Shown: piece after piece, positions 37,801 to 47,478 of the stretch
Position numbering within the stretch: position 1 is the first letter of the stretch
Layout of the letters: every line of letters starts with the position of its first letter
IMG/VR virus record: IMGVR_UViG_3300029305_001143
DNA length: 64,000 nucleotides
Strand: one strand, 5' to 3'
Origin: an uncultured virus (IMG/VR IMGVR_UViG_3300029305_001143)
Taxonomy: Duplodnaviria; Heunggongvirae; Uroviricota; Caudoviricetes
The notes under the pieces: generated by a model
Seen by the model: only the letters and a program-made list of their open reading frames with translations
Database searches by the model: none
Told to the model about the DNA's origin: nothing
Made by a program: the position numbers and the translations under genes

Positions 37801-40495
37801 GTCTAGAGATAGCTACTTCTCTATCTTCCTCTCCGTCTTTGATGGTATCATGGTCAGGATATCTTCTCTCAAAGTCCTGATCCCATCCTACATCATTATT
37901 GTTCTCATCTTTCATGATGTACTCCTCAGGGATATGACCTAAGAAGTTACAAGCATCTGATGTATTATTCTTGAACTCCCAGCACTCTGCATCAAAAGAT
38001 CCGTCGAATCCGAAGACTTCCTCTGATCCCTTATCGTAGTTGAAATTATACTTACCTAGGAACATTGGAGTACTGTCTTCTGTCTCCTTGTGATAGATAA
38101 CACAGGGGAATCCTTGGATAGTAGTTCTACATCTCTCGTCCTTCTCTTGAGCAGGTGTCTTATCATCATACAGATTGTGTACAAAGTTAGCAATCTGTGT
38201 GTTGTGAGTACTAGTAGCTTCAGCATAGTCAGCCTTCATACAGAAGACCTTAGAAGGAATAGCTCCTTCCATGTGTGTGATACGCTCATTGAACTTCAGC
38301 TTATAGTTCTTTCTGACGTACCACTGAGAGGAGGTACCTTGTACGTCTATTTTACAGTAGAGATCTTTGAAATCTCTAGCAGAGTCAGCAGGATCCTCAT
38401 ATGTGATGTACACATCCTTCTTATCACCCTTACTAGCAGGAAGAGGACCAGTGATAGTCATGACAGGTATCTTCTTCTTGACCTTCTCATAGACTAGATT
38501 ATGAGCACCATCATATAGATCGTTTTCATCATACACTTCAGATCTCTCTAAGACATCTACGATATCACAGATATAGTTATTACGAAGATCTTCCTGATTC
38601 AATGCTGTACTATAAGATCTCACTGTATACAGGTCAACTGCGCAGTAAGGAGATCCTACGGTGATATTCACAGGAGTAGACTGCTCGAAGTTATCGTTAG
38701 AGTACTGGAACGCTCTAGTGAGTACGCCGTCCAGGTAAATAGACATCAATTTGTACTCACTCGTCGCTTCGATAACGAAAGCTATTCGCATTCTACGTTC
38801 TGAGCGGAAGCTACAAGACAAACTAGAGGTATTAGACTTCAGGGTACCTGTATCTGCCGTAATTTCGATACCGATACCACCGCTCATACAAGAGATGACC
38901 TTAGCCTCACGATTATTGACATCACGTACAGCAAAGTCGAATTCCAGAGTCTTACCGTAGGCTCTCGGGTCACTAGAGAATGGTTGGAATTCTATAGTAG
39001 CAGTGGACCCTCCTGCTAGATGGAGAGCAGTATCTCCTACATCATCTAGCAGCCAGCCAGAGGAAGCCCAGTTTACGTCTTCGAATGTAGTTTTAACATC
39101 CCCATACTCCCATACATCAGGATGCTCTTCAGCATTAGATCTGTTAGCAGAAGATAGATGTAACTCTAAGTCGTTAGTAGCAGGGGAGATAGGAAGCTTA
39201 TTCTCCTTTACCTCAATAATCTTAGATCTACTGATATCTCTCAGAGATACTTCGAACTTAACAGTACCTAGAGGATAATCTCTAGTAGTCCAATGTTTGA
39301 GAGCTCTATCTACTGTCCGAGTCTCTTCTCTGTATAACTGATATCCTGTCTCCTGTAGACTGTATATCCTCAGAGTAGCAGTAGACTCTGTAGACAAGGG
39401 ATCGTATACGATATAAGGTAGATCAGCGATCTCACCTTGTAATAATGTATCTATGTTACAGTTCAAACTGATGATAGGATCCACGGAACCTTCAGTATTC
39501 ACTATAACATCATAGACTAGATGATTACTAGTAATGTTAGTACCTAAGATCTCTGCAGTAGCGTAGACATCTAAGGTATGTAGTCCATGGGATAGACCTG
39601 AGAAAATTGTAGTGTTCTGTCTACCTGAAGACTCGATGATGACAGTCTCTTGAGGTACACCATCCAGGATGAAATGTACAGTCTTCTCTACTTCTCCATA
39701 GACTGTATACTTGAAGGTAACACTAGAGCCATAAGCTAGTGTATAATCGAATGTAGAGCTAATACTGATCTCGATAGCTTCGATATTCCATGTCATAGAC
39801 TTAGTATCTCCGTCTACGTTCGTTACTACCACAGAGACTGTATTACTACCGACACTCAGGTAAGGTCCACAGTCGAAGAAATTATCTCCTTGTTCGATAG
39901 GAGTATTCAGCACCAGATGATCATTCACGTAGTAAGATGCAGTACCTGTACCTATAGCCATACTATTCTCAGAGAAAATAAATGTATACCCTAAGATAGT
40001 AGGACTACCATAAGCTACAGAGAAGGCAGTAGTATCTGTTAAGCTTCTTACTCTGAAGATACTCTCGAAACTGCCATTAGATAGATAGATTCCGTGTTTA
40101 GATCTAACTCCCTGGAAAGTAGGATACACAATACCTGAAGTATCCTGTTCTAGTCCAAGATCATCAGCTAGGATAGTCTGGATGATCTCTCCTCCGCCAC
40201 CACCTTCAGGTAGATTACTTACTACCTCTTCTAGGGACTCGAGTTTAGCTCCTAAAGATCTTACAGCATCTCCTGCACTCTCATGCACATTACCTTCATG
40301 ATCTTTACGTATGTCCAGAAGCTCTTCATAACCTTCTAATTCAGGAGTTTCCTGTATGGTCTGCAGTATCTGCTGTATCTGATTATCTAGGATATCTGCA
40401 TTACTATTGAAGTCTTGTATATCTACAGGATCATCATATCCTGGTTTCTTCAAATTGAGATTCTTAGTGTATTCCAATTCATCCACCTCACTCAC
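34883..40495 (-). CDS. Giant multidomain virion protein: LamG-like, CotH-kinase-like, LRR, beta repeats, DUF6273-like C-terminus
   Basis: QGTSSQWYVRKNYKLKF, KADYAE, MVDQRAKN, FYDNDT; LKKLDIRNC LRRs; YTYKGW/YTFEEW/YKFLGW repeats; YWTRSP...FGICV. Confidence 0.65.
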   Translation of the reverse strand: MSEVDELEYTKNLNLKKPGYDDPVDIQDFNSNADILDNQIQQILQTIQETPELEGYEELLDIRKDHEGNVHESAGDAVRSLGAKLESLEEVVSNLPEGGGGGEIIQTILADDLGLEQDTSGIVYPTFQGVRSKHGIYLSNGSFESIFRVRSLTDTTAFSVAYGSPTILGYTFIFSENSMAIGTGTASYYVNDHLVLNTPIEQGDNFFDCGPYLSVGSNTVSVVVTNVDGDTKSMTWNIEAIEISISSTFDYTLAYGSSVTFKYTVYGEVEKTVHFILDGVPQETVIIESSGRQNTTIFSGLSHGLHTLDVYATAEILGTNITSNHLVYDVIVNTEGSVDPIISLNCNIDTLLQGEIADLPYIVYDPLSTESTATLRIYSLQETGYQLYREETRTVDRALKHWTTRDYPLGTVKFEVSLRDISRSKIIEVKENKLPISPATNDLELHLSSANRSNAEEHPDVWEYGDVKTTFEDVNWASSGWLLDDVGDTALHLAGGSTATIEFQPFSSDPRAYGKTLEFDFAVRDVNNREAKVISCMSGGIGIEITADTGTLKSNTSSLSCSFRSERRMRIAFVIEATSEYKLMSIYLDGVLTRAFQYSNDNFEQSTPVNITVGSPYCAVDLYTVRSYSTALNQEDLRNNYICDIVDVLERSEVYDENDLYDGAHNLVYEKVKKKIPVMTITGPLPASKGDKKDVYITYEDPADSARDFKDLYCKIDVQGTSSQWYVRKNYKLKFNERITHMEGAIPSKVFCMKADYAEATSTHNTQIANFVHNLYDDKTPAQEKDERCRTTIQGFPCVIYHKETEDSTPMFLGKYNFNYDKGSEEVFGFDGSFDAECWEFKNNTSDACNFLGHIPEEYIMKDENNNDVGWDQDFERRYPDHDTIKDGEEDREVAISRLRTLHNWIVSTKDYDLTDSTTLARYREEFQERFNLHKTLIYYVFTFFLLMVDQRAKNMFLTYWATTGKWEPWFYDNDTCLGINNEGQLVFDYYHEDTDYLEGGTKVYNGQNSVLWTKFSAAFAKEIQETYVGLRGSKNIDTGVENGKLTYTKIRDQFVVNGSDKWSASIYNEDSDFKYLSMLRSEGDANNVPQIRGTGEHHLEYFLDGRFNYCDSKWYSSYYAEDRITIRINTPEEGKYGNVAPCADITVTPFSAMYAGVRYKANGSLQQKRLQKNEPYTFKAPAGIFNDAETAIYGASQLSSLGDLSLLYCNYCDVSHAKKLIELKLGNEDPTYQSQLHTLSLGTNRLLKKLDIRNCKSLTNPVNLAGCPGIEEVYAEGSSITSLNLTDSGYLRIVHLPGTITNLTIRNQDYLEDFSMESYESITELHIVKSAAVPLADILLGTPNLVRARLINVEWSCTEDQLQGIYQKLLRCGGIDETGLNTNKAVVSGIVHVPSISEDLLRDINTSFPELMISVDGVILCTVSYYNADGTLLYVTTVERGTNAADIVAEGIIDTPVREDTIDYHYTYKGWSDSLENIQRSKSFVATYNVFYAVRFYCDDTLLHMEYRSLGDTVTDPILSGMINTPTKESTAQFDYTFEEWDTVFADIQGVTVVKAVFIETIRSYQISFYNEDILLLQYIREYGQMPTYNLAQPEKLNVEYPQDYKFLGWSPELVMIEGDANYYANFAESDHILDSWDTISANVENGTYKTLYPLGALKREVLTYEDGTAELIELEVVGHDHDDLADGSGKAGISWLLKGVLKKSYIMSNSSDLNRVSWEGCDNREYLMNTILPALSAELRRNIVPILKRTSAGSGSVDVSEVITTTDTIWKPALIELIDSYSNVEIYAAEGHTYAYMIGMDEEESRLHRIRCTAEGYAKRYWTRSPVPYSSTAYWMISTLGGGISTYASYAAHGNIFGICVGKSTTRN

Positions 40496-40850
40496 TACTC
40501 ATGTCTTTTAGATTCTTCCAAGTGAGACTTCTCAGATCTCCCCAAGTACCTCCTCCACCTGACGTAGGAGCATCTATGAGAGCTATATTACCATTCTCAT
40601 CTACTCCTAGTACTTTACCTGCATCTTCTGGAGTAGTATGGATAGATACAACATCTTCTAGTATCTCTACTATATCAGAGTCTAGGAATGGGAGATCAGT
40701 ATATCTATTGACTCCGTCTCCAACTTTTTGACGAATCTTATTTTCTATAGATACTAGGATAACTTCACCATCTAGCAGTACAGGATTACTAGCTGACCAG
40801 GACTCATCTGTGTCCTTACGATGATGAACTCTAGTATAGATATTAGCCAT
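40488..40850 (-). CDS. Small Mtd-N-like domain protein
   Basis: RKDTDESWSASNPVLLDGE...KVGDG..YTDLPF. Confidence 0.65.
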   Translation of the reverse strand: MANIYTRVHHRKDTDESWSASNPVLLDGEVILVSIENKIRQKVGDGVNRYTDLPFLDSDIVEILEDVVSIHTTPEDAGKVLGVDENGNIALIDAPTSGGGGTWGDLRSLTWKNLKDMSSE

Positions 40851-40873
40851 AGTTAATCCTCCTCATAGTGAAA

Positions 40874-40897
40874 GAGGGGTAGGATACCCTACCCCTC
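40874..40897 (-). terminator. Intrinsic terminator-like hairpin
   Basis: GAGGGGTAGG / CCTACCCCTC stem followed by TTT on the minus strand. Confidence 0.6.
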
Positions 40898-40919
40898 AGT
40901 CACGATATTGCACAGTAGA

Positions 40920-42278
40920 TTAGATGACAGTCTTAGAGTCGCCGCAGTTCAGGACCAGAGTAGCAGTGCCGTTCTTCAGCAGGTCAACGGAAACACCAGT
41001 GACAACGAAGTCGGTGCCATTCTTGTTACCGTCAACACCAGAGATGCTCTGAAGAGCAGTGTTAGCAGTACCAGCAACAGTGGACAGCTCCTCGCCCAGA
41101 CTCTCGATAGCATCAGCATTAGCAGCAACGTCAGCCACCAGACCAGCGTCAGCATTGCCAACGACATCTTCCAGAGCCTTGGCACGATCCTGCAGAGCCT
41201 TGTCAGCATCCTCACGAGCCTTAGCCTCCAGAGCCAGAGCAGCAGCAGCGGTAGCCTCAGCAGCAGCCTGAGCACCATTCCACTTAGCTACATCGCCATC
41301 CAGAATCTTATCCAGCTCAGTCTGGTTGCCGTGAGTGTGAGCATCCTCTTCCAGTTCAGCGATAGCAGCCTCAGCGTCAGCCATCTGCTTAATCAGGCCA
41401 GTAGCCTCAGCTCCATCCTTAGCAGGCTCACCAACCTTCTCCTCCAGAGCAGTCAGACGAGTACCTTCAGCAGAGACATCGCCCAGCTCATGGAACACAC
41501 CATTGTGGAAGACGTACTCCTTGTCGCCATAGACAACAACGTCACCAGCCTCATAGCCTTCGACGTCATAACCATCAGCAGTAGGATCGGAGTCAACAGT
41601 GCCTTCGAAGTGCATAGCACCAGTCAGACCCTTGATCTGCTCCTGCAGAGTGTCGATCTCACTCTCAGCAGTATTCAGACGACCATCAATCTTGGAGACA
41701 TTCTCATCGGTCTTCTCCAGATTTGCGATGGTAGCATAGGTAGCAGCAGCAGTAGCGGACTTCAGGAAGTCGCCGATCTTCTCGCCAGAGTCAACGATGG
41801 CACCATCAGCACCGAAGTTAACGATGTTGCCAGCAGTACCCTCAACCTTGTCAACCTTAGTAGACAGGTCGATGTCCAGAGCTACCAGATCCTTGTACTC
41901 GGTCTCAGTAGCTTCCTTGTGCTTGATGATCAGCTGATTGTTCTTATACTCGAAAGTGTAAGTGGTGTTAGTGTCCTGAATCTCACCAGCGATGAACTCT
42001 TCCAGTCCAGAGATCTCCTCAGCAGTGTAGGAAGGCTTGTTAGCTTCCTTAGCCCAGCTGTAGACATCACCAGCTGTCGCCTGAATCCAAGGGAGCTGCT
42101 TGAAAGTCTTCTCACCATCGCCGACCTTGATGCCGATGGCAGGAGGAGTCAGACCAGTCTCAGTCTGCTGAGCAGGGATAGCAGCAATAGCTAACTCGCC
42201 AGCATTCAGTACGATAGTAGACTCTTGCCAACGCTCGTAAGTATCATACTTGTGGCTAATTCTTACATTTAGTGACAT
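40920..42278 (-). CDS. Probably abundant fibre/whisker-like coiled-coil virion protein with Mtd-N-like start
   Basis: VLNAGE...IKVGDG..FKQLPW, a long coiled coil, and capsid-like codon bias. Start placed at ATG 42278 behind GGAGG. Confidence 0.6.
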   Translation of the reverse strand: MSLNVRISHKYDTYERWQESTIVLNAGELAIAAIPAQQTETGLTPPAIGIKVGDGEKTFKQLPWIQATAGDVYSWAKEANKPSYTAEEISGLEEFIAGEIQDTNTTYTFEYKNNQLIIKHKEATETEYKDLVALDIDLSTKVDKVEGTAGNIVNFGADGAIVDSGEKIGDFLKSATAAATYATIANLEKTDENVSKIDGRLNTAESEIDTLQEQIKGLTGAMHFEGTVDSDPTADGYDVEGYEAGDVVVYGDKEYVFHNGVFHELGDVSAEGTRLTALEEKVGEPAKDGAEATGLIKQMADAEAAIAELEEDAHTHGNQTELDKILDGDVAKWNGAQAAAEATAAAALALEAKAREDADKALQDRAKALEDVVGNADAGLVADVAANADAIESLGEELSTVAGTANTALQSISGVDGNKNGTDFVVTGVSVDLLKNGTATLVLNCGDSKTVI

Positions 42279-42300
42279 AATTGAATACCTCCATAAAATA

Positions 42301-43716
42301 TTAGTCAGAGTCACCTGCGTTTAATATTAACTCTTCCCCTTCAGGGACTATCATCCTAGTAGCGTCTATACTGTTGACAGACATAGTACCATCTGCTTCG
42401 ATGAAGACTTTGTTATTGTCTGTCGAAGATTTGACGACTCCTAGATTATCAAGACCCCCTACGGGAATAGTTACTAATTTGTTCACTATAGGTAAGATAG
42501 TATCTCCTATAGCTACTTCTTCAATCTTATTCTCCTGAGCACCATTCTCTATATCAGGAAGTAGTCCTGAGAGAATTAGTCCATCATCTCCAAATAATTC
42601 TTCTTTAGAGACGAAGGAGTCATAATCAGGAGGAGGAGCATTCCAGGTATCAACCATCTCCTGCGTGATACTATCAAGGACTTCTTTATTAGGGTGGGTA
42701 TGATAGCTATCAAGATCAGGTAGTCTGCCTGTAGCTCCATAGCCTACGAAGGTGAATAAATCTCCAGCGTAAGTAGAGTGACCTATCAGAGTAATAAAGC
42801 TATCAGATACAGTATAGTGGGTATTCTCTACTAAGAGCATACCATTGTGATACACATAGACGCTAGAGTAAGGTAAGATCTCCTCTGGGATCTTTATGAT
42901 ATAGACTCCTGAAGAGCTCAGAGTGACAGTAGATGTCGTAGAGCCTGCGATTATCTGTTCTTTTAGTACGATATCAGAAGATGTCAGACCACAGCACTGT
43001 AGTTTACCATCATCTGTAGCTACTAGTAGAGATCCAGGAGTAATACTACCTTCGATCTCTACTTTCTTAGAAAGTGTACTGAAGATCTCTTGAGGTGTAG
43101 TGGAAGCATGTTTCAATCCACCAGCACCATCAGATACTAGTAGAGCACCTTCCACGATAGGGTCAATGATCTCAACTTTCCTACTCATAGTACTCATCAA
43201 TGACTGTAAAGTCATATCAGAGCCTGCGATATTACCTGTACTATCTGCTATCATCAGAGCTCCAGGTATAGCCTTATTGGTGATGCGTAGTCTAGACGCT
43301 AAGATCTCTTCTAGACCTTCGATGAAACTAATAGGATAACTAGTAGGCTTATTCTTGATATAAGCTGGATGATTTGGATTAGTGATAGAGAAGTCAGCTT
43401 GGACAGATGTAGTAGATGCTGAAGAAAGACTAGCTAACGCTCCTGTATGGTCTACGATATAAGCCATACAGAGATCTTTCTCTAAGATAGTGATGATCTG
43501 TCCACGACAGTCATGCTCTCTTACCCACTCTTCAGCTTCACCATAACTAGTGAATTTGTTGCGAGATTCATAGATCTGTAGACGTCGATTAAGGTCATAG
43601 AAGAATATTTCATTACTGTCTTCAGTGAGTATAATACAACCAGGAGGTATGATCTCTCTTTCGATAGCGTACGAGATATTATCTCTAGCACCATAAGCTA
43701 CCTTATAGTTAGCCAA
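42301..43716 (-). CDS. Virion fibre-like protein
   Basis: AYIKNKP, three GALM/LL...G repeats, YHNGMLLVENTHYTV, HTHPNKEVLD. Confidence 0.55.
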   Translation of the reverse strand: MANYKVAYGARDNISYAIEREIIPPGCIILTEDSNEIFFYDLNRRLQIYESRNKFTSYGEAEEWVREHDCRGQIITILEKDLCMAYIVDHTGALASLSSASTTSVQADFSITNPNHPAYIKNKPTSYPISFIEGLEEILASRLRITNKAIPGALMIADSTGNIAGSDMTLQSLMSTMSRKVEIIDPIVEGALLVSDGAGGLKHASTTPQEIFSTLSKKVEIEGSITPGSLLVATDDGKLQCCGLTSSDIVLKEQIIAGSTTSTVTLSSSGVYIIKIPEEILPYSSVYVYHNGMLLVENTHYTVSDSFITLIGHSTYAGDLFTFVGYGATGRLPDLDSYHTHPNKEVLDSITQEMVDTWNAPPPDYDSFVSKEELFGDDGLILSGLLPDIENGAQENKIEEVAIGDTILPIVNKLVTIPVGGLDNLGVVKSSTDNNKVFIEADGTMSVNSIDATRMIVPEGEELILNAGDSD

Positions 43717-43731
43717 AATATCCCTCCTTTC

Positions 43732-44328
43732 TTAGAATATTATGAGAGTAGACTCCTCATTATCATCATCAGCATTACTGAATAGTATGAGAGAGTCGTC
43801 TGCATCATCTTCAGAAACAGAGGGAGGACTGACTCTATTGAATAGGATCAGTGTACCATCTGCATCCTTTCGTTGGATCTTTCTATGATTAAACTTACAT
43901 ATTAAAGCAGTATTACTCAGATAGAAACTCCTAGAAGACATAGGAGTCAATCGTCCAGTTTCGAACTCAGGAATAGCATAGGCACTCTTGATAACACTGA
44001 GATACGCTCTATCTACGAGAGTATAATGAGTACCTGTATTGACTTCGATGACAACATCATACACATAATTACCAGGTACTAAGACCCTGTAGTCTTCCAT
44101 CTGGAAGCTAAAAATAGAAACTTCCTCTGAATCTACTATGATAGACTCAGAGATCTTCTTCAGGAGGACTTTATCTGTATTCATATCTCTGATATAGAGG
44201 GTGATGATATCAGATGCTGCGAAGTTTAAGATATTCCCTTCTTCGTCTCTATGTACGATCTTAAATGCACACTCATCACCTTGATGAATGTATATTTGAG
44301 TACCTACTATCGAGAACAAGAATATCAC
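43732..44328 (-). CDS. BppU-N-like baseplate/fibre adaptor
   Basis: IHQGD...PGNYVYDVVI. Confidence 0.5.
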   Translation of the reverse strand: MIFLFSIVGTQIYIHQGDECAFKIVHRDEEGNILNFAASDIITLYIRDMNTDKVLLKKISESIIVDSEEVSIFSFQMEDYRVLVPGNYVYDVVIEVNTGTHYTLVDRAYLSVIKSAYAIPEFETGRLTPMSSRSFYLSNTALICKFNHRKIQRKDADGTLILFNRVSPPSVSEDDADDSLILFSNADDDNEESTLIIF

Positions 44329-44336
44329 CTCCTATA

Positions 44337-44555
44337 TCATAGAAATCTTTTATTTGATCTTAAGCTCTCACTAACATTACTAATTTCTTCTAGCTCACAA
44401 GGATAGAACCATATCTCTCTCAGATCTTTGGTTCTACAAAGGATCTGCTCATTGCCGTGTCTCAGTACCCAAAGATACTCTTTAGTGTACTTATGCTGTA
44501 TTTTAGTCCCTACTGGAAACATTAATTTCACCTCACTGGACTGGAATATACTCAT
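44337..44555 (-). CDS. Small hypothetical protein (SH3-like)
   Basis: FPVGTKIQHK...WFYPCELE; collinear. Confidence 0.5.
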   Translation of the reverse strand: MSIFQSSEVKLMFPVGTKIQHKYTKEYLWVLRHGNEQILCRTKDLREIWFYPCELEEISNVSESLRSNKRFL

Positions 44556-44557
44556 AT

Positions 44558-45583
44558 CTATATGATAGCTTCCCCTAATAGGGATTCTCCTAGAATAAAA
44601 TATCCTGGATACTCAGAAGTGATCAACTCGCCTTTACGATTGTACAAGTCACGATTTATAGAGACCAAGGAGTCCTCAGGAGTACAGTACAGATAGTAAT
44701 TTATCAGATACTGTGTATGATGCTTAGCAGTGATCGAGTATACAATCTCACTGATAGACGGGATAGTATTGACGTAGATGCCTAGATCTCCATACAGTTT
44801 ATAAGTATTCAGCTCTATGAGAGGTAAATCTAGTAAGTGAGTTAGTTCTAGGAAGATAGCACCTCTACCTGACCAAGCAGAGTCTTCACTTTTCTTACTC
44901 AGAGGATTATATCCACTCCAAGTAAGTCCTTGGTGAGCTTTTAATACTTCTAACTGTAAGTCTATTAATGTATCTTCAGATACTAGATATTGATAAGGAT
45001 TAGACGAGGGATTACTTCCTAAGACATCCATATGAAGAGTATTCGTGAAGTAAAAATAGTTACCAGCAGCGACTAGTTCTTTTATCAAGAATTCTCTTAG
45101 ATCAGGGATAGGATAGGTATTATTGATTAGTCTTACCTCATACACACCAGTTCTATTCAGAGAATTGTCTTGGAATACATGAGTACCTGACAACTTAGAT
45201 ATACTGTATCTGAATAAGTTATATGAAGGTATGATTACTTTTACATCTTTAGGTAGTTTACCTCCATAGTACTTCCACATATTCTCTATAGTATCGATAG
45301 AGCCTCTTTTACTATAGACATATAGTATGTTATCTAAGATATTTAATTGCTCCTGTATATCAGCATCTTCTCTGACAGTGAACAAGAACTGATCAGCTAT
45401 AGCTTTCAAGATATCTAATCTGTTAGTACTAGGAGTAACTATCTCAGGGAACTTATCAGTATAATCGTATAGAGTCTGTAACTTCTGAGTTATCAACTCT
45501 AACATAGTATCCTGGATGATAGTTGGATACTGCTTAAGAGGTTCTAGTAAATGAGATCTTATGAAAGCTCTGATATCAGCCAC
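44558..45583 (-). CDS. Baseplate wedge protein (P2 gpI-like N-terminus)
   Basis: YSKRGSIDTI, LVAAG; follows the baseplate J-like gene. Confidence 0.6.
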   Translation of the reverse strand: MADIRAFIRSHLLEPLKQYPTIIQDTMLELITQKLQTLYDYTDKFPEIVTPSTNRLDILKAIADQFLFTVREDADIQEQLNILDNILYVYSKRGSIDTIENMWKYYGGKLPKDVKVIIPSYNLFRYSISKLSGTHVFQDNSLNRTGVYEVRLINNTYPIPDLREFLIKELVAAGNYFYFTNTLHMDVLGSNPSSNPYQYLVSEDTLIDLQLEVLKAHQGLTWSGYNPLSKKSEDSAWSGRGAIFLELTHLLDLPLIELNTYKLYGDLGIYVNTIPSISEIVYSITAKHHTQYLINYYLYCTPEDSLVSINRDLYNRKGELITSEYPGYFILGESLLGEAII

Positions 45584-45595
45584 TACGACACCTCC

Positions 45596-47035
45596 TTACT
45601 GAACTCTTATAGTCAGATTACCTAATCTAATTACAGACAAGTCTTGGACATCTACTACATCGTTCGGAGTAACAGACAAGATAGTTCGAATATCCTCTAC
45701 TCTAGATAATCTAGATACTAAATCAGCTGGATAGAAGTCTTCTCCTATGAGTCCTTCTCTTTCCTTGAAGTAGTCATTCACTACCTGCTGTATAGTATAA
45801 GATAGTCTACCCTCTGTCGTCCTATCATGCTTTCTAGCTACTATCTCTATATCTACATAGATATAAGAAGGAGTCAGTACTTGCAGATTAGTAGGAGGTA
45901 TCATGCGTCTGTATAGATAATCATATACTCTCTTCTTGAGTAATTCTACCGATCCGTCAGGATCTTCAGGAGTCACTAATACCTTTACTTCATGATAGTC
46001 ACAAAGTTCAGGTTTAGTATTTATATCATAAGCTCTAGCGTCGGCAACCCCATCTACCGTCTTAGCTAGATATTCAAAATCTGATAGTGTTACTGCTCTG
46101 TCCTGAGACTTGATAACTCCAGGAGCTAACTCTCTAATTTCCTGACTACTCTGTACTGAGGATCCTCCTACGCTAGCTGTAGGATTGTTGACAGAGAAAT
46201 TGATGATCTGTCCGTTATCTAGGATCATATCATCCAGTATGACTAATGAATTCTCACTCACTCGCCCTGACTCAGCGGAGGAAGTCATGTACTGGATAGT
46301 AAGGATATCAGAGATCTGAGGAATGATACCTCTTTCTCCGTCTCCAAACTTAATAGAAACTGTATCATCAGGATTCAGCTCTACTTGATAGACTCTATCT
46401 AATTCCGTAGAGAATGTGATATACTCTACAGGACTCCACAGTCTATTCAGATTATCTGTAATCTGTATTGAATCTAAATCGATATTGTAATCTACTAGAC
46501 GGATTGATTGATTAGCTGCTCCTGCTACTGGACTCAACCGAGAAATACCTGTTCCAGTGTATGTCACAGTCATTAACTTACCTTGGATGCAAGGAACTGT
46601 GACTCTAGTCTCTCCAGCAGACAAGTAAGCATCTTGCATAGTCAGGTAAGTGATACCTGACATAGTAGATATTTTCGTATATTTTGGGATCCTGATCGTA
46701 TGATTATAAATCATCGAACTAGTGAATACTACATCGCAAGTAGCTCCCTTTGCTGATAGTATCTTGTAAGATAGCTGTTTAGCTAGTCTGAAGATATTCT
46801 CTCTTTCTTTAGCTGTAGTGATAAAAGCCTCTAGTGCTTGATGATCTTGATAGTAGTTCATCATGTCTACTAGAGCATGCACATAGTCTAGTATGATGAT
46901 ACCAGGATCTGTAGCATTCAGATCTGTCCAATGACCTTTACTGATGATAGGTATCTTAGCGAGTCCTTCTCTTCTAGATCCTTCATAGTCTCTCCTAGTG
47001 TAACTGAATATAGGATTCTCTGACATGTCAATCAC
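45596..47035 (-). CDS. Baseplate wedge subunit (gpJ / T4 gp6-like)
   Basis: YTRRDY, TDPGIIILD, FGDGERG, QDRAVTLSDF. Confidence 0.85.
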   Translation of the reverse strand: MIDMSENPIFSYTRRDYEGSRREGLAKIPIISKGHWTDLNATDPGIIILDYVHALVDMMNYYQDHQALEAFITTAKERENIFRLAKQLSYKILSAKGATCDVVFTSSMIYNHTIRIPKYTKISTMSGITYLTMQDAYLSAGETRVTVPCIQGKLMTVTYTGTGISRLSPVAGAANQSIRLVDYNIDLDSIQITDNLNRLWSPVEYITFSTELDRVYQVELNPDDTVSIKFGDGERGIIPQISDILTIQYMTSSAESGRVSENSLVILDDMILDNGQIINFSVNNPTASVGGSSVQSSQEIRELAPGVIKSQDRAVTLSDFEYLAKTVDGVADARAYDINTKPELCDYHEVKVLVTPEDPDGSVELLKKRVYDYLYRRMIPPTNLQVLTPSYIYVDIEIVARKHDRTTEGRLSYTIQQVVNDYFKEREGLIGEDFYPADLVSRLSRVEDIRTILSVTPNDVVDVQDLSVIRLGNLTIRVQ

Positions 47036-47040
47036 CTTCT

Positions 47041-47478
47041 TTAATTATAGCTGGTATCTATTGTATCGTAAGTAGACAACTTGTAAGGATATACATAGTT
47101 AGCTTCAACAGTAGTGTTGATGATACGATAACTAATAGATATGTAGAGTATGCTATTATCAATAGCTTGAGCATCTGCTAAGAACTCTACACTAGTAAGG
47201 GATACTCTAGGCTCCCATCTTTTGATATCCTCTGTAATAGTATATCTCAGTCTCTCCATCAATACTCTATCTAAAGGATCAAATCTATATTTCCTGATAT
47301 CGGAACCGAACTCAGGCATCATCAGTCTACTCCCTTTAGGAGTTTCGAATATCAAGAAGAGACTCTGATTGATCCGTTCTATATCTTCTGTATACTCTAA
47401 TCCATTAGTGATAGACTTGTTGTATGGAAATGATGGACCTCTTCCTAGCAGACTCCTGGAAGTTATATTCAAGGACAA
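47041..47478 (-). CDS. Baseplate wedge gp25-like protein
   Basis: TPKGSRLMMPEFGS, RWEPRV. Confidence 0.9.
   Translation of the reverse strand: MSLNITSRSLLGRGPSFPYNKSITNGLEYTEDIERINQSLFLIFETPKGSRLMMPEFGSDIRKYRFDPLDRVLMERLRYTITEDIKRWEPRVSLTSVEFLADAQAIDNSILYISISYRIINTTVEANYVYPYKLSTYDTIDTSYN

Noticed and set aside
40908..42194. 428-aa plus-strand ORF
   Set aside because: It is an antisense shadow of a strongly codon-biased minus-strand gene, Ser/Leu-rich with no RBS or motifs.
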